A stretch of DNA of 63,583 nucleotides, counting the filler, from Octopus bimaculoides (taxonomy: Eukaryota), in assembly GCF_001194135.2 (NCBI RefSeq). It is 5 parts of 4 records of this genome, joined end to end, with 100 filler letters (N's around TTAATTAATTAA, not from the genome) between each part and the next. Parts side by side here need not be neighbours in the genome. Positions count along the whole stretch, not along the records: positions 1 to 23,519 come from NC_068986.1; 4 more parts are not named here. The stretch is one strand, 5' to 3'. Shown in pieces: positions 1 to 12,411 of the stretch. Made by a program: the position numbers and the translations under genes. The first letter of the stretch is position 1, and each line of letters begins with the position of its first letter. The notes under the pieces were generated by a model. The model did no database searches. It saw nothing but the letters and a program-made list of their open reading frames with translations, and was not told where the DNA came from.

Positions 1-37
1 ACAATACCTCCGCCATCGCTAAGGCGGAAGTAATAAA
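1..37. mobile_element. Terminal hairpin end of a HINE/DINE-like (Helentron-associated) non-autonomous element
   Basis: ACCTCCGCC-ATCGCTAA-GGCGGAAGT hairpin then AATAAA; matches the end of the longer copy at 13761-13796. Confidence 0.5.
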
Positions 38-219
38 GAAGTTAAGTCGCCGGGATACATTTCATTTTCTTTTGTTATTTTTCTTTCTCTAGTAATAAAT
101 CTTTTGAGCGAACAATGTTAGGCCAAATTTACATTTAACTCACATTAATCAAATGCTGAAACAAACTCATGCATTACTTCTGGAAACGTAAGCTTAGGTG
201 AAATGTTTTAGTAGACACC

Positions 220-452
220 TAAAGCGACGTGCTGGCAAAGTCGTTAGCACGCCGGGCGAAACGCTTTGCGGTATTTCGTCTGCCACTGCGTTCTGAGTTC
301 AAATTCCGCCGAGGTCGACTTTGCCTTTCATCCTTTCGGGGTCGATAAATTAAGTTCCAGTTACGCACTGGGGTCGATATAATCGACTTAATCCGTTTGT
401 CTGTTCTTGTTTGTCCCCTCTGTGTGTAGCCCCTTGTGGGCAGTAAAGAAAT
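220..452 (+). mobile_element. tRNA-derived SINE, family A (Meta/MESC-like core)
   Basis: A-box-like GCTGGCAAAGTCGTTAG, B-box GAGTTCAAATTCC, core GAGGTCGACTTTGCCTTTCATCCTTTCGGGGTCGATAAATTAAG. More than 15 related copies in the window. Resemblance to the Meta/MESC domain is from recall. Confidence 0.8.
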
Positions 453-850
453 AGGTATTTCGTCTGTCATCACGTTTTGAGTTCAAATTCTGCCGCGGTC
501 GACTTTGCCTTTCATCCTTTCGGGGTCGATACCAGTTGCGTACTNNNNNNNNNNNNNNNNNNNNNNNNNNNNNNNNNNNNNNNNNNNNNNNNNNNNNNNN
601 NNNNNNNNNNNNNNNNNNNNNNNNNNNNNNNNNNNNNNNNNNNNNNNNNNNNNNNNNNNNNNNNNNNNNNNNNNNNNNNNNNNNNNNNNNNNNNNNTTTA
701 CGTCCTGAGTTCAAATACCGCCGAGGACGACTTTGCCTGTCGTCCTTTCGCGGTCAATAAAATAAGTACCCGTTGAGTGAGCATTGGGGGTCGATGTAAT
801 GGACTGACCCACTCCCCCGAAACTGCTGGCCTTGTTCCAAATTTGATACA
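453..850 (+). mobile_element. Further head-to-tail partial family A SINE copies, interrupted by an N gap
   Basis: B-box and core repeated at about 480-530 and 705-775. Confidence 0.75.
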
Positions 851-861
851 TATTTTATAGA

Positions 862-1240
862 TCCTGTAATGATGAAAGGCAAAGTCGCCCTCTGCGGAAT
901 TTGAACTCAGAACGTAAAGACAGGCGAAATACCGCTAAGCATTTTGTCTGGTGTGCTAACGTTTCTGCCAGCTCGACGCTCTTTCCTTTCTAATAATCCT
1001 TTGTACTCTAGGCGTAAGGCCTTACTAATAGTAATTTGAAATTTTGGCACACAGCCAGCAATTTCAGAAAGGGTGGGGTAGTCGATTACATCGACCTCAG
1101 TATTTGACTGATATTTATTTTATAGACCACGAAAAGATCAAAGGAAAAGTCGAGCCCGGCGGAATTTGAGCCTAAAACGTAAAGACGGACGAAATGCCGT
1201 TAAGCATTTTGTTCCTGCTTGCCAGCTTGTCGCCCTTGCC
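862..1240 (-). mobile_element. Two reverse-oriented family A SINE copies
   Basis: GATGAAAGGCAAAGTCGCC...GAATTTGAACTCAGAACGTAAAGAC (about 870-920) and a second copy at about 1030-1235 are reverse complements of the core and head. Confidence 0.8.
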
Positions 1241-1467
1241 GCCTGACTACTAATACAAGAAATTAGAATAATTAACAAAACCATTTAAATACTATTTAAA
1301 TACAGGGTAACTATTTCCATTCAGTTCTACTTTGTGAATGTGTTTTATAAAAGCTAATATTTTACTTTGTAACTACAAACAAAATTCTCAAGCAGTTTTC
1401 GCCCGAAAAACTGAAAAAATGTGGTTAAACATTTCAAAGAGACAGTAACAGCCAGGTTGTTACTTAC

Positions 1468-1564
1468 ATAGAAGCCAGTTCCTGAAGGATACGTAAATCT
1501 CCAGTACCATCTCTGTGCCAGAAATAATTGGGGAACATCGTACCTCATCCTGTCCGCAAGACAT
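1468..1564 (-). other. Candidate 97-nt internal exon of an unknown gene
   Basis: Minus-strand acceptor TATTTATTGTGTCTCAG and donor GTAAGT; two of three frames open (CLADRMRYDVPQLFLAQRWYWRFTYPSGTGFY or MSCGQDEVRCSPIISGTEMVLEIYVSFRNWLL). No recognisable homology. Confidence 0.2.
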
Positions 1565-1679
1565 CTGAGACACAATAAATAGTTGCGTGCGCTGTTGTCA
1601 ATTGTATCCTATTGTACATCTGTCTGGTTGGAGTGTGTTGGAGTGTGAGTGTTATGTGTATGTCTGTTGATGAATGTAT

Positions 1680-1724
1680 GACTGTCTGTATGTGTGTATG
1701 CTGATGTAGGGAGGGTTGCTATGT

Positions 1725-1767
<43 letters not shown>

Positions 1768-2385
1768 CTTTTGAATATATGGATATGTGATTGCGCCTAT
1801 ATGTACGTGAGTGATTCCGTGAGTGATTTTATGCGGTTGTGTATTTGGATATGTGTGTGTGTATGTGTCAATGGGCTTTAATAGATTGTTTCCGGATGTG
1901 TGATTGTGTATATAGGAATGTATATGCGTGCTTGTAATACGTACTTGCGTTGGTGTGTGTGTGTGTGTGTGTGTGTGTTTGTTGGTATGTGTTTCTGTGC
2001 GAGTCTACATATGCGTATGTGGGAATTGTGTGCGTGATTGTGTGTGTGCATGCGTGCATCTCGTTCGTTTGCAGCATTCGGGTAAAGTAAGCGAAATATG
2101 CAAGGATGAAGGGTGGAGGGAGACGGAGGAGTGGAAGTATGAGTGAGGGAAGAAGGAGGGGGATGTCTTATGGCTGGGTGAAGTAGTGGAATTAACATTC
2201 GTCATCACGACGACGACGACGACAACGACAATGATGACGTTGATGATGATGATGATGAGGATGATGATGATGGTGATGATGATGATGATGATGATGATGA
2301 TACCTGGTGCTGTGACGGTAGCGGTTGTAATGGTGGTGTTGGTGGCGGTGGTTTTTTGGTGGCGGTGGTGGTGATGGTGGTGGTG
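1680..2385. repeat. Compound microsatellite region: (GT)n, (GAC/GAT)n, (GGT)n
   Basis: Visible directly; runs into an N gap. Confidence 0.9.
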
Positions 2386-3819
2386 NNNNNNNNNNNNNNN
2401 NNNNNNNNNNNNNNNNNNNNNNNNNNNNNNNNNNNNNNNNNNNNNNNNNNNNNNNNNNNNNNNNNNNNNNNNNNNNNNNNNNNNNNNNNNNNNNNNNNNN
2501 NNNNNNNNNNNNNNNNNNNNNNNNNNNNNNNNNNNNNNNNNNNNNNNNNNNNNNNNNNNNNNNNNNNNNNNNNNNNNNNNNNNNNNNNNNNNNNNNNNNN
2601 NNNNNNNNNNNNNNNNNNNNNNNNNNNNNNNNNNNNNNNNNNNNNNNNNNNNNNNNNNNNNNNNNNNNNNNNNNNNNNNNNNNNNNNNNNNNNNNNNNNN
2701 NNNNNNNNNNNNNNNNNNNNNNNNNNNNNNNNNNNNNNNNNNNNNNNNNNNNNNNNNNNNNNNNNNNNNNNNNNNNNNNNNNNNNNNNNNNNNNNNNNNN
2801 NNNNNNNNNNNNNNNNNNNNNNNNNNNNNNNNNNNNNNNNNNNNNNNNNNNNNNNNNNNNNNNNNNNNNNNNNNNNNNNNNNNNNNNNNNNNNNNNNNNN
2901 NNNNNNNNNNNNNNNNNNNNNNNNNNNNNNNNNNNNNNNNNNNNNNNNNNNNNNNNNNNNNNNNNNNNNNNNNNNNNNNNNNNNNNNNNNNNNNNNNNNN
3001 NNNNNNNNNNNNNNNNNNNNNNNNNNNNNNNNNNNNNNNNNNNNNNNNNNNNNNNNNNNNNNNNNNNNNNNNNNNNNNNNNNNNNNNNNNNNNNNNNNNN
3101 NNNNNNNNNNNNNNNNNNNNNNNNNNNNNNNNNNNNNNNNNNNNNNNNNNNNNNNNNNNNNNNNNNNNNNNNNNNNNNGTGTTCAGGAGTTAATTTCATA
3201 TCAGCCGATATACAATTAGTCTTCGATGTAACACTGATAAAGGTGTTTGATGTACGTTGGTAAGGTGAGCATGGGGAGAGAGAGAGGGAGAGAGAGATAG
3301 AAAGACACACACACACACACACAGAGATAGAAAGACAGAGACAGAGAAGAGAGAGAGAGAGAGACAGAGAGGTAGATAGACGAACAAACGGAGAGAGACA
3401 TAGAGGCTGAGAGAGAGAGAGAAAGGGAAGACAAAGCGGAAAGACGTAGTGGTGAACATCTGTTCTGCAAGGTCAATAGAATAAATATGTAAGGTGTATA
3501 ATCAACCAAAACAACAATAAAACTTGAAGGCTGCGTTCCAGTATGTGGTAATCCAATGGCTGGAACCAGTGAGTGAAGCAAAGAGCATATGCACATATAT
3601 ACATATATATGTGTACGTACGTGCGTGCGTGCGTGTGTGTGTGTGTGTGTGTACATATATGTGTGTTTGTGTGTGTGTATGTGTTTGTGTGTACATGTAT
3701 GTGTGTGTTTGTGGGTACATATGTGTGTGTATGTGTGTGTGTGTGTAGCTGTAAGAATGAAGTCGAGCCAAATAGTAATATCTTGAAATCATTCAATAGG
3801 TACATTTCAAGTCTGTGTA

Positions 3820-3856
<37 letters not shown>

Positions 3857-4094
3857 CCTATATACATACGTATATGTACATACATCTATACGTATATATA
3901 TATATATATGCATATGTGGGCAAAAGACGCCACGAAATGTGTACAACAAAAAAGTACGAAACACGAGTACATGGAACATGAACTATTCTTTCGAACAACG
4001 AAAGACACAAATGGAAAACAAAACAAACAACATAAAGAACGACCCTTCATCAGCTGTTGGCTGTTTTTCTAGTCGCACCCGTCCTTTGGACGGT

Positions 4095-4570
4095 TTAAGT
4101 TGCTTTGGTTTTATTTTTTTCATTTTGTTCCAAGTGCCACCTGAAATAAATTTGAAGGAATCGATCTTCAGCGCTGTTGACAGAAAGAATAGAGCCTAAA
4201 CGATGATAGGTTTGGCCCTGAATTTTGAACGTTGGCATAAAGGAGTCTTCATGAATGGGTTTGTGGCCGAAACTTGTCATCTGGAAGTCAGAGTTATAAG
4301 CACAATATTTCTGTATAAATTGCTGCGAACCAGGGTGTTGACCAAGGAGTAAAGAGAGGAAAGGCTGAGGAGTGATTTGCAGATCAGGCAAGCGAACCTT
4401 TCCGTTTGAGCAGCATAGGCCACTGGATTCTTCAACCCACTTGAGGGCCTTGCAAAATGGACATTTTACTGACATATCCCCTATAACAGTCTCTCAATGA
4501 GAGGCGTAATCCTCGGTAGGATCACAGTTGAGCACCTTTGATGCCCATCGACTACTCGATGGCTTCCAAT
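4095..4570 (-). pseudogene. Helitron RepHel N-terminal fragment
   Basis: CPFCKALKWVEESSGLCCSNGKVRLP...YNSDFQMTSFG...FMPTFKIQGQTYHRLGS...FLQIYF is the typical Helitron Cys-rich N-terminal region. The upstream frame continues as NCDPTEDYASH*ETVIGDM, with a stop. Confidence 0.85.
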
Positions 4571-5014
4571 AGTCATAGGTAAGAGCGTTCCGGTGAACAT
4601 AAGACTGAAGTGAGACATGTGCACGTCATTGATAGTGAGATATGTGTACGTCATTGGATTTAAGTGGTAAAAGCTTATAGAACACTTTTGCCACTCTATT
4701 CATCACTTTAGTAGGTTCCAGTGACAAGCATTGCAAGATGACTGCAATGTGACAAGCATTGCAAGATACTGCTTTGACTGCAAGTCTGTTTCAGAGAATC
4801 TTCTCCCACAAGAGCTGCTTTCCCCACTGCTTTGTCAAAAATAATGAAAGCCACGTCTACCCTTGGGAAATCTATTTGATCCATTGATAGGTACTACCGT
4901 TCTGGGTCAGAACGGAGTTGGTAATTAAGGGGTGATTTCACGCTCTCCACAACTCCAGAACTTCTGAACTGGATCCTCACTACCGGACCCCGTTTAATGT
5001 CATATCATGGATAT

Positions 5015-5049
<35 letters not shown>

Positions 5050-5858
5050 CGCACAGACACACACAGACACACACAGACACACACACACACAAACACACGT
5101 ACATACATACATACATACATACATACATACATACATACATAAGACATCAATCACATTATTGATAACTGCAAGAGAATGTCTTCCAGGTATTATCTTCCAA
5201 TGAAGATGATGCCGGGGCCAAAACGGTCTGCAACAGGATAAAAAAAAAAAAGAAAACACCTAGAGACGAAGTTGACCATTGAAAAGGAGTTTGCAAATCC
5301 AGTACTGAAGATAGACTTTCAGATTCATACCTATTATTACATTTTATTTCTACTACATATATCTATTTCCACGCTTTTAATCTTTATTCCCATTCATCTA
5401 TTGCACTATATTTCTCCACTCTTAATTTTCTTTTAATTTCTTTCTTTCTCTTCCTTCTCTTTCTCTAAATTGCCTTTGATCTATTAACGTTTTTTTTAAA
5501 AAAATAACTCGCTTCATCATATACGCGTTAATCACATTCAGTTAAAATGGCTTATTGATGTGTTTTGTTTCTCTTTTTTTTCCCCCGACGAGATGATTGC
5601 ATTGTTTTACATCATTTTATTCCCTCCGGAATAATATCAATGTTTTCTTCGAAATATGTCGGAAGTATAAAGATTTGAATAACACTTGCGTTTAACTCCA
5701 TTTCTTATTTATCTATGCGATACCAAAACATTTCACTAAACCCTGGAATTTCTACCTTTATAAGCAGGTTGTAACATCCTTGGCACTTATGTGAATTTTT
5801 GTTACCCTGGTAACTATTTATTTATTTTTTCCGTGTTATTTGTACACATTGAATAAAT

Positions 5859-5918
<60 letters not shown>

Positions 5919-6145
5919 GCACAGGTGTGGCTGTGTGGTAAGAAGTTTGCTTTCCAGTCACATGATTCCAGGTTCAGTTTCACTGCTGGAATATTGGGCA
6001 AGTGTGTGTGCGTGCATGTGCGTGCGCGTGTGTGTATGTGTATGTGTGTGTGTCTTTGTGTCTGTGCTTGTCCCGCACCACCGCTTTACAACCGATGTTA
6101 TTTTGATTATGTTCACATAAAGTAGCGGTCCGGCAAAAAACACCG
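5919..6145 (+). mobile_element. tRNA-derived CORE-type SINE, family O (OR-like), internally deleted
   Basis: Head GGTGTGGCTGTGTGGTAAGAAGTTTGC...CAGGTTCAG, TTGGGCAAGTG core remnant, GT microsatellite, then the family tail GTGTCTTTGTGTCTGTG...ACAACCGATG. Confidence 0.7.
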
Positions 6146-6149
6146 ATAG

Positions 6150-6298
6150 GCAATCAGGAAGAAAGAGTGAGAGAAAGTTGTAGTGAGAGAGTACAGCACG
6201 GTTTGCTACCATCCCCTGTCGGAGCCTCGTGGAGCTTTAGGTGTTTCCGCTCAATAAACACTCACAACGCCAGGTCTGAGAATCGAAACCGCGATCCT
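6150..6298 (-). mobile_element. SINE family C, 5' part
   Basis: Matches 59060-59185 (CAGGAAGAAAGAGTGAGAGAAAGTTGT...GAATCGAAACCGCGATCCTA). Confidence 0.8.
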
Positions 6299-6389
6299 AC
6301 ACACACACACACTCACTCACTCAGTTATAATGATATAGTTAATTACTCTGCACAAGTCACGTACACATAACATTACTCACCGACATCTT

Positions 6390-6455
6390 TCATTCTCCCC
6401 ACTCTTTTTTCTTTCGATTTCTCTCTCTCTCTCTGCTTCTTCTTTTTCATCAGTC

Positions 6456-6497
<42 letters not shown>

Positions 6498-7095
6498 CAT
6501 TGTATCTCCTCCCTTTCTCTTACCTCCATCTTTACCGCTTCTCTTCCTCTGTCTTTCTTACCTTTTCTATGCCAACATCTTCCACTGCACCACATCACTC
6601 CCCCTTCTCTCTCAATTTCTTGCTCTCTTCCTCATCCTCTCTCCCACCGCTTCAGCTCCTCTACTACTCTTTACCCCTCTTTCTTCGTCTCTTACCTTTT
6701 CGCCTTATCATTCCCACCCCACAACATTATTTTCCTTCTGTTCTCTCTCTACCCCTCTCTCTCCATTCTCTCCACATATTTACCCACTCTCACCACGTCT
6801 CTCATTCTCTCTCTGTCTCTCTATCTCGCAGTCTCTTATTCTTTTTCCCCCTCTCTCTCCCTCTATACTCTTCTCTTTACATTTTCTCTCTTCCTCTCTA
6901 CTCAGTACTGTTTCCGTGCAGTCTTGCAAATTCTCTCCTTCATTTTTTTCTCTCTAACTCTCTCTCTTAATTTCCTTCTCACTTCCATTTCTCACCTCTT
7001 CTATCTCTCTGTCTCTGTCCTTTGTTTGCTTTCTAAGCACTTTCCTCCTCCCCTCATCTCTCCTTCTCTCTCCCTCTCTCTCTCTCTCTCTCATT
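6390..7095. repeat. About 700-bp polypyrimidine (CT-rich) low-complexity tract
   Basis: Strong C/T bias with embedded (CT)n runs. Confidence 0.85.
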
Positions 7096-7221
7096 TCCTT
7101 GCTAACGTCCAGTGTTTAGCTCAATATATAAAACGGTGTTAATCGGGTGGGCAATAAATCTTTTCCTTTTTATTGACAGAGCTTTTACGAGAGACACTAA
7201 AAATTAAGACGTCAATATTGA

Positions 7222-7539
7222 CACTCCGTCGCTTATAACGACGAGCAATCCAGTTGATCCGATCAACGGAACGGCCAGCTCGGGAGATTAACTCGCAAGA
7301 AGCCGAGCACTCCACAGACGTGTACCGTTAGCGTAGCTCTCAGGTAGATAGATTCAAGGTGACGCAGAGTGTGACATGGTCGGCCCTTTGAATTACAGAT
7401 CATTTTTGCCAGCTGAGTGGATTGGAGCAACGTGAAATCAAGTGTCTTGCTCAAGGACACAACGCGCTGCTGGGAATCGAACTCACAATCTTACGATCGC
7501 GAGCTGAGTAGCCTAACCACTAAGCCACACGCTTTCACC
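7222..7539 (-). mobile_element. Chimeric SINE: family B-type head and CORE with family C 3' tail
   Basis: 7222-7400 matches the family C tail (CACTCCGTCGCTTA...CCCTTTGAATTACAG); 7400-7539 matches the family B core and head (TGTCCTTGAGCAAGACAC...GCTCCA.TCCACTCAGCTG on the minus strand). Confidence 0.7.
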
Positions 7540-8179
7540 AAAGCACCAATAGCTTTCTATTGAATTCAGAAGAGGAAAGAGCAATGTGGCATGCTTGATG
7601 CAACACGGTTTCTATCTCCGGCATGGGGCCCTGTCATGGATGCTGGCATGAAGTTCGCTTCGCAGCTTCGTTAACATCGTAGTTAACGGCTTGATCCCAC
7701 TGTGCGCGGCACTTTGTGCACGCGTCCTCAACTATTGCCCCGGGTTAACCAATGCCTTAAGAGTAAAATTTGGTAGATGGGAAGTGTTGATAAATTTAAC
7801 AATGCAACAGCTAAGAAATCGTGAGGTATTGTTCTTTTTAGGGCTGAGCCCAGCAGATAGTCACAAGGTTTCTTGGTGATTCTTCAAGTCCCGGACCGAT
7901 GATCCGGCAGAACACTCTCCATCATTTCTACTGTCGCCCTCAACTTCATTTCACCAATCTCAAGCACCTCTTTTAATGAGGAAGCTTCTCTGTGTGTGTG
8001 TAAGGGGGAGAGGGTAGATCCGTTTGTTAGAAATAACAACCAAATCTCGCTCAAATAACAGTTCTTCATCTTAAATAAGAAAAGGATACATTCGATGAAG
8101 ATAAACTAGATACTCCTAAAAGATGGAATGGTCACAACTGGAAGAACTTTGATCAAAACTTTGATCATAGAGAAGATGT

Positions 8180-9150
8180 AGTAACATATGTAACTAGAGT
8201 TTCGTTGTGTGACACGTAACTAGAGAAGATGGTGGGTGTAACTAGAGGTTTTGCGTGACATGTAACTAGAGTCTCTTGTGTGATAAGCAACCTAGAATAA
8301 GGTGTTACATGTGTGACATGTAACTAGAAGCTTGTAATGGGATATATGCCTAGAAGTTCATCATGTGACATCTATCTAGAGGCTTATTCTGTGACATGCA
8401 AAGTGATGTGTATGTGTGTGTGTGTGTCTGTGTGTGTCTGTGTCTCTGTGTGTGTGTGTCTGTGTGTGTGTGTGTCTGTGTGTGTGTGTGTGTGTCTGTG
8501 TGTGTGTGTCTCTCTGTGTGTGTCTGTGTGTGTGTGTGTCTCTGTGTGTGTGTGTCTCTCTGTGTGTGTGTCTCTGTGTGTGTGAGTGTGTGTTACTAGA
8601 TGAGGTTTTATGTGACATGTAAGTGGCTTGTAATGCGAAAAGTAGCTAGAAGTATTACGTCTTTTTGTGTGATATATAACTAGAGGATGTATTGTCTGAC
8701 GTATAACTAGATTTTGTGCGACATATAACTAGAGCTTCGTTGTGTGACATGTAACTAGAGATTTGTTGTGTGACATGTGACTAGAGGCTCGTTGTGTGAC
8801 ATGTAATTAGAAGTTCGTCGTGTAACATGTAACCAGGGGATCGTTGTTTGACATAAAATTAGAGGCTGGTTGTGTGACATGTGACTAGAAGTTCGTTGTG
8901 TTACATGTAACCAGGGGATCGTTGTTTGACATGTAACTAGAGCTTCGTTGTGTGACATGTGACTAGAGGTTCGTTGTGTGACATGTAACTAGAGGCTCGT
9001 TGTAAGACGTGTAACTAGAGCTTCGTTGTGTGACATGTAATTAGAGGCTGGTTGTGTGACATGTGACTAGAGGTTCGTTGTGTGACATGTAACTAGGGGA
9101 TCGTTGTGTGACGTAACAAAAGGTTTGTTGTGTGACATGTTACTTGAGAT
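8180..9150. repeat. 26-bp minisatellite (consensus about TTGTGTGACATGTAACTAGAGGTTCG), interrupted by a GT/GTCT microsatellite at about 8407-8592
   Basis: Unit starts 26 bp apart (8741, 8767); about 16 homogeneous units at 8730-9145, with more degenerate units to the left. Confidence 0.9.
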
Positions 9151-9266
9151 GGCATAAAGGAAGTGAACAGAATAATTACCGAATAAATTGATTAAATACT
9201 TAGTCATTTATTTCCCTAATCTTTCTTCACTTTTTCTTTCTTTCTATTTTCTTCCTTTGTCCCCCC

Positions 9267-9381
<115 letters not shown>

Positions 9382-9439
9382 CCTACTCTTACTATTCCTC
9401 AAATAATGAGCCGATTTGCGAGCCTCTACATACGTAGCC

Positions 9440-9640
9440 GCTCTACCTGTTAGAAATAGCTACAATATATGTCTGAAATCACGGCCCGTCTCTTAAATAA
9501 GGCAAGGCACACTGGATGGTGTAGTCTTTGATGACCTTGAAAGAAGCGAATGGTTGTAGTCATGGTTAGACTGTCTATGATCATAGGTTTGACCAATTAA
9601 GGTTGACCTGCGACTAAACAATTAGAGTAGCAACAACAAT
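9440..9640 (+). mobile_element. Interspersed repeat family E, ending in (CAA)n; probable retroposon 3' end
   Basis: TGTTAGAAATA...TCTTAAA...GGTTGACCT..G.CTAAACAA motif recurs at about 8015-8170, 14020-14280 (-), 18385-18600 (-), 22195-22268 and 32090-32230. Confidence 0.55.
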
Positions 9641-9905
9641 AACTGTAACAAGGAAAACATTAGCAACAACGTCAACATTAATAGCATTAGCATCAGCAAC
9701 ATCACCAGCAGCAGCAGCAGCAACAACAACAAACAACAACAACAGCAGCAGCAGCAGCAGTAGCAGCAGCAATAACAACGATTACCATAACAGCAAAAAC
9801 AACAAAACAACACTAATAACAAAAGCGATAGCAGCAACAACACCAACAATAGCAACAACAATAACACTACCACTACTCATGACATCAATAGCAACGATAA
9901 CGATG
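9620..9905. repeat. (CAA/CAG)n trinucleotide tract
   Basis: Visible directly; follows the family E tail. Confidence 0.9.
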
Positions 9906-10753
9906 TTGTGAACTTCATGCTTTTCCCAGTAATCTGAATTGGGAAAGCATTATAAGAATATTGCACCGACCGCCATACTTTATAGGTCACGTATTTTATT
10001 TTTATCAATCCCGGAGTTTTGAACTTAAAACATGAATATTCGTAACTCGATGCCACGGCACAATTTTCTCGATTGCTTTATCGATTTCACAAATTGATTT
10101 CACAAATCTATTCATTTACTGCCTCTGCCAAGAATCGAAATCAGATTCTTCGTTATGATTCGCCAAGAACCTGTACCTTTTGCTCTGCTTTCCTCTGAAT
10201 CACCTTCACGAGAATAATGAAATTAGCGATTATTTACCTTTGTCTCATAAACCAAACTGCTGATTCCCACTTAGAAGTTCCTGGGAAGTTGATTTGCTCA
10301 ACGTTTCTCTCGCAGTATCAGATAACGTATCAGAAATTCCTCACTCCGTTTGCTTTTGCCTGGAAACCAGATCTCACGCTGATCAACCTAACATTGAATA
10401 GCTACACTTGGCCCAGCTTAGCAGCAAGAGGTTAAAAGCTGTTTGTGTACACTTCACAACTTTGGAAAACCAATTAACTGAAAATTACCTACGTCTGTAA
10501 TTAATTCACAGGACCAGACAGGAAAAGCAAAACATCCATCAATCTCCCTTACTCATTTTCTCTTTCTGTCATTTTCTCTTCTCAGTCTGTCTCTTTCTCT
10601 CTCATTTTCCTCTTCTCAGTCTGTCAGCCTCTGTCTCTGTCTCTCTCTCTTTCTTCCCATGCTCTTTCCCCCTTTCACGTTCAATCTCTCTTCTGTCAAA
10701 CATTTCTTTTCGTTTTACTGACTATCTGCATTTCTCTCTGTCTGTGTACCTGC

Positions 10754-10825
<72 letters not shown>

Positions 10826-11172
10826 AGCTATCTATCTTTGTCTCTGTCTCTATCTCTTATCTCTCTGTCGATCCTTACTTCATTCTCATTCTTTCTCCCT
10901 CCCTTCTCTCTCTACCTCTTAGACTCACCCCAACGTCCGTTGGTCAGTGGACAAGAAGTAAAGCCAGATGCGTACTTAATTATTTAGTTATATGTTTACA
11001 CAGTGATTAGTGAAGATTAACGACTTTGGCTCACACTGACAGAAACTGTAACCCACCATTAAACAACCCGCCACATATCATTCAGTATATGTGTGAGCGC
11101 GCGTGTATTTATGTGCTTATGTATGTGTTTATATGTGTTAGTAACAGAGATACACAGAAAATAACACAGAGA

Positions 11173-11228
<56 letters not shown>

Positions 11229-11585
11229 CACACACACACACAAAGAGGATAAAGACAGAGAGAGCTAAATAAACATACAAATAGATTCATATCGTAATTG
11301 GTGTGGGCGTTTAACATACATGGTTGTTTTCTGCACAATGGTTAAATATTATCCATTACAGAACTTAATACAAATTGTGGAGTAGATATGAATGTTATAT
11401 AATAAAAAATTGAAAGTTACAACTAAGTCGTTGACAATGAATGCAGACGCTCATTGTAAAATTTATAAGTAGCTTTTTATAATACAAAATGGATGCATGC
11501 CTAGATAAATATTCCCCCATGTGCACATAAGCGTAAAATTAACACCCACCCACGTGTATATATACGCATGTACGTACTATGTATG

Positions 11586-11930
11586 TGTGTGAAGGCGCAT
11601 TGCTCAATGGTTCGAGTGTCGGGCCTACAATCATAAGGTAGTGAGGTCGATTCCCGGACTGGGCTGTGTGTTGCGTTCTTGCGCGAGACACTTTATTTCA
11701 CGTTGCTCCAGTTCACTCAGCTGTCGAAATGAGTTGCGACGTCACTGGTGCCAAGGTGTATCGGCTTTTCCCTTGAATTACATCAGTGGTGTGGAGAGAG
11801 AAAGCTGCTATGCATGAGTGACTGCTGGTCTTCCATAAACAGCCTTGCCCGGACTTGTGACTGGAAAGGGGAACTTTCTAAGTGCAATCCCATGGTTATT
11901 TATGACCGAAGGGGGGTCTTTACCCGCATG
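11586..11930 (+). mobile_element. tRNA-derived SINE, family B (CORE-like)
   Basis: A-box-like TTGCTCAATGGTT, B-box-like GGTCGATTCCC, core GACACTTTATTTCACGTTGCTCCAGTTCACTCAGCTG. Confidence 0.75.
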
Positions 11931-11936
11931 TATGTA

Positions 11937-11998
<62 letters not shown>

Positions 11999-12411
11999 CG
12001 CATAGTGACATTTACAAAGAAAAGATTGACAATAGTTTCAAAGTTTCGGCTTATTCGTCTTCATAAGACTGTGATTCACTTTGTTCCTTTTTGGCTTTAT
12101 ATAGTCTTTGGCAGATTTGGATTTTTGGGATGTAGCCATAGGTAGGGCTTCGTGAATGGTAATTAGATGTGGTGTAGGTAGACAGAAAGCAGATGTGTAA
12201 GAAGAGAGGAATAGAAGAGTTTAGGAGAAAAGTATGTGTTTAGAGGGTGTAAGGTTGATAGAGAGGTATGGAGAGATTTATTTTGGTTTGATGCTGGAAT
12301 TTTGTTAGTGCTTACGGGTTCAGTCAGGTGTGAAAGTAAAGGTGTAGGTAGATGTGTCAAAATCAATATACATATCGTTCAGAAAAAGCGTTCGGCGTGT
12401 ACATAACGTGA

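Noticed and set aside
3524-3575. GCVPVCGNP resembling a complement protease linker
   Set aside because: Too short, poor acceptor site, no neighbouring domain exons.
3985-4075. Minus-strand CTGATGA with a distant GAAA as a hammerhead
   Set aside because: I could not form stems I to III around the core.
5194-5235. ATGAAGATGATGCCGGGGCCAAAACGGTC as a hammerhead relic
   Set aside because: Both conserved boxes are mutated and stem I is not evident.
8730-9145. CRISPR-like array
   Set aside because: Units are directly tandem with no unique spacers, the context is eukaryotic, and there are no cas genes.
12150-12366. Purine-rich segment as a LINE fragment
   Set aside because: No diagnostic motif could be read in any frame.
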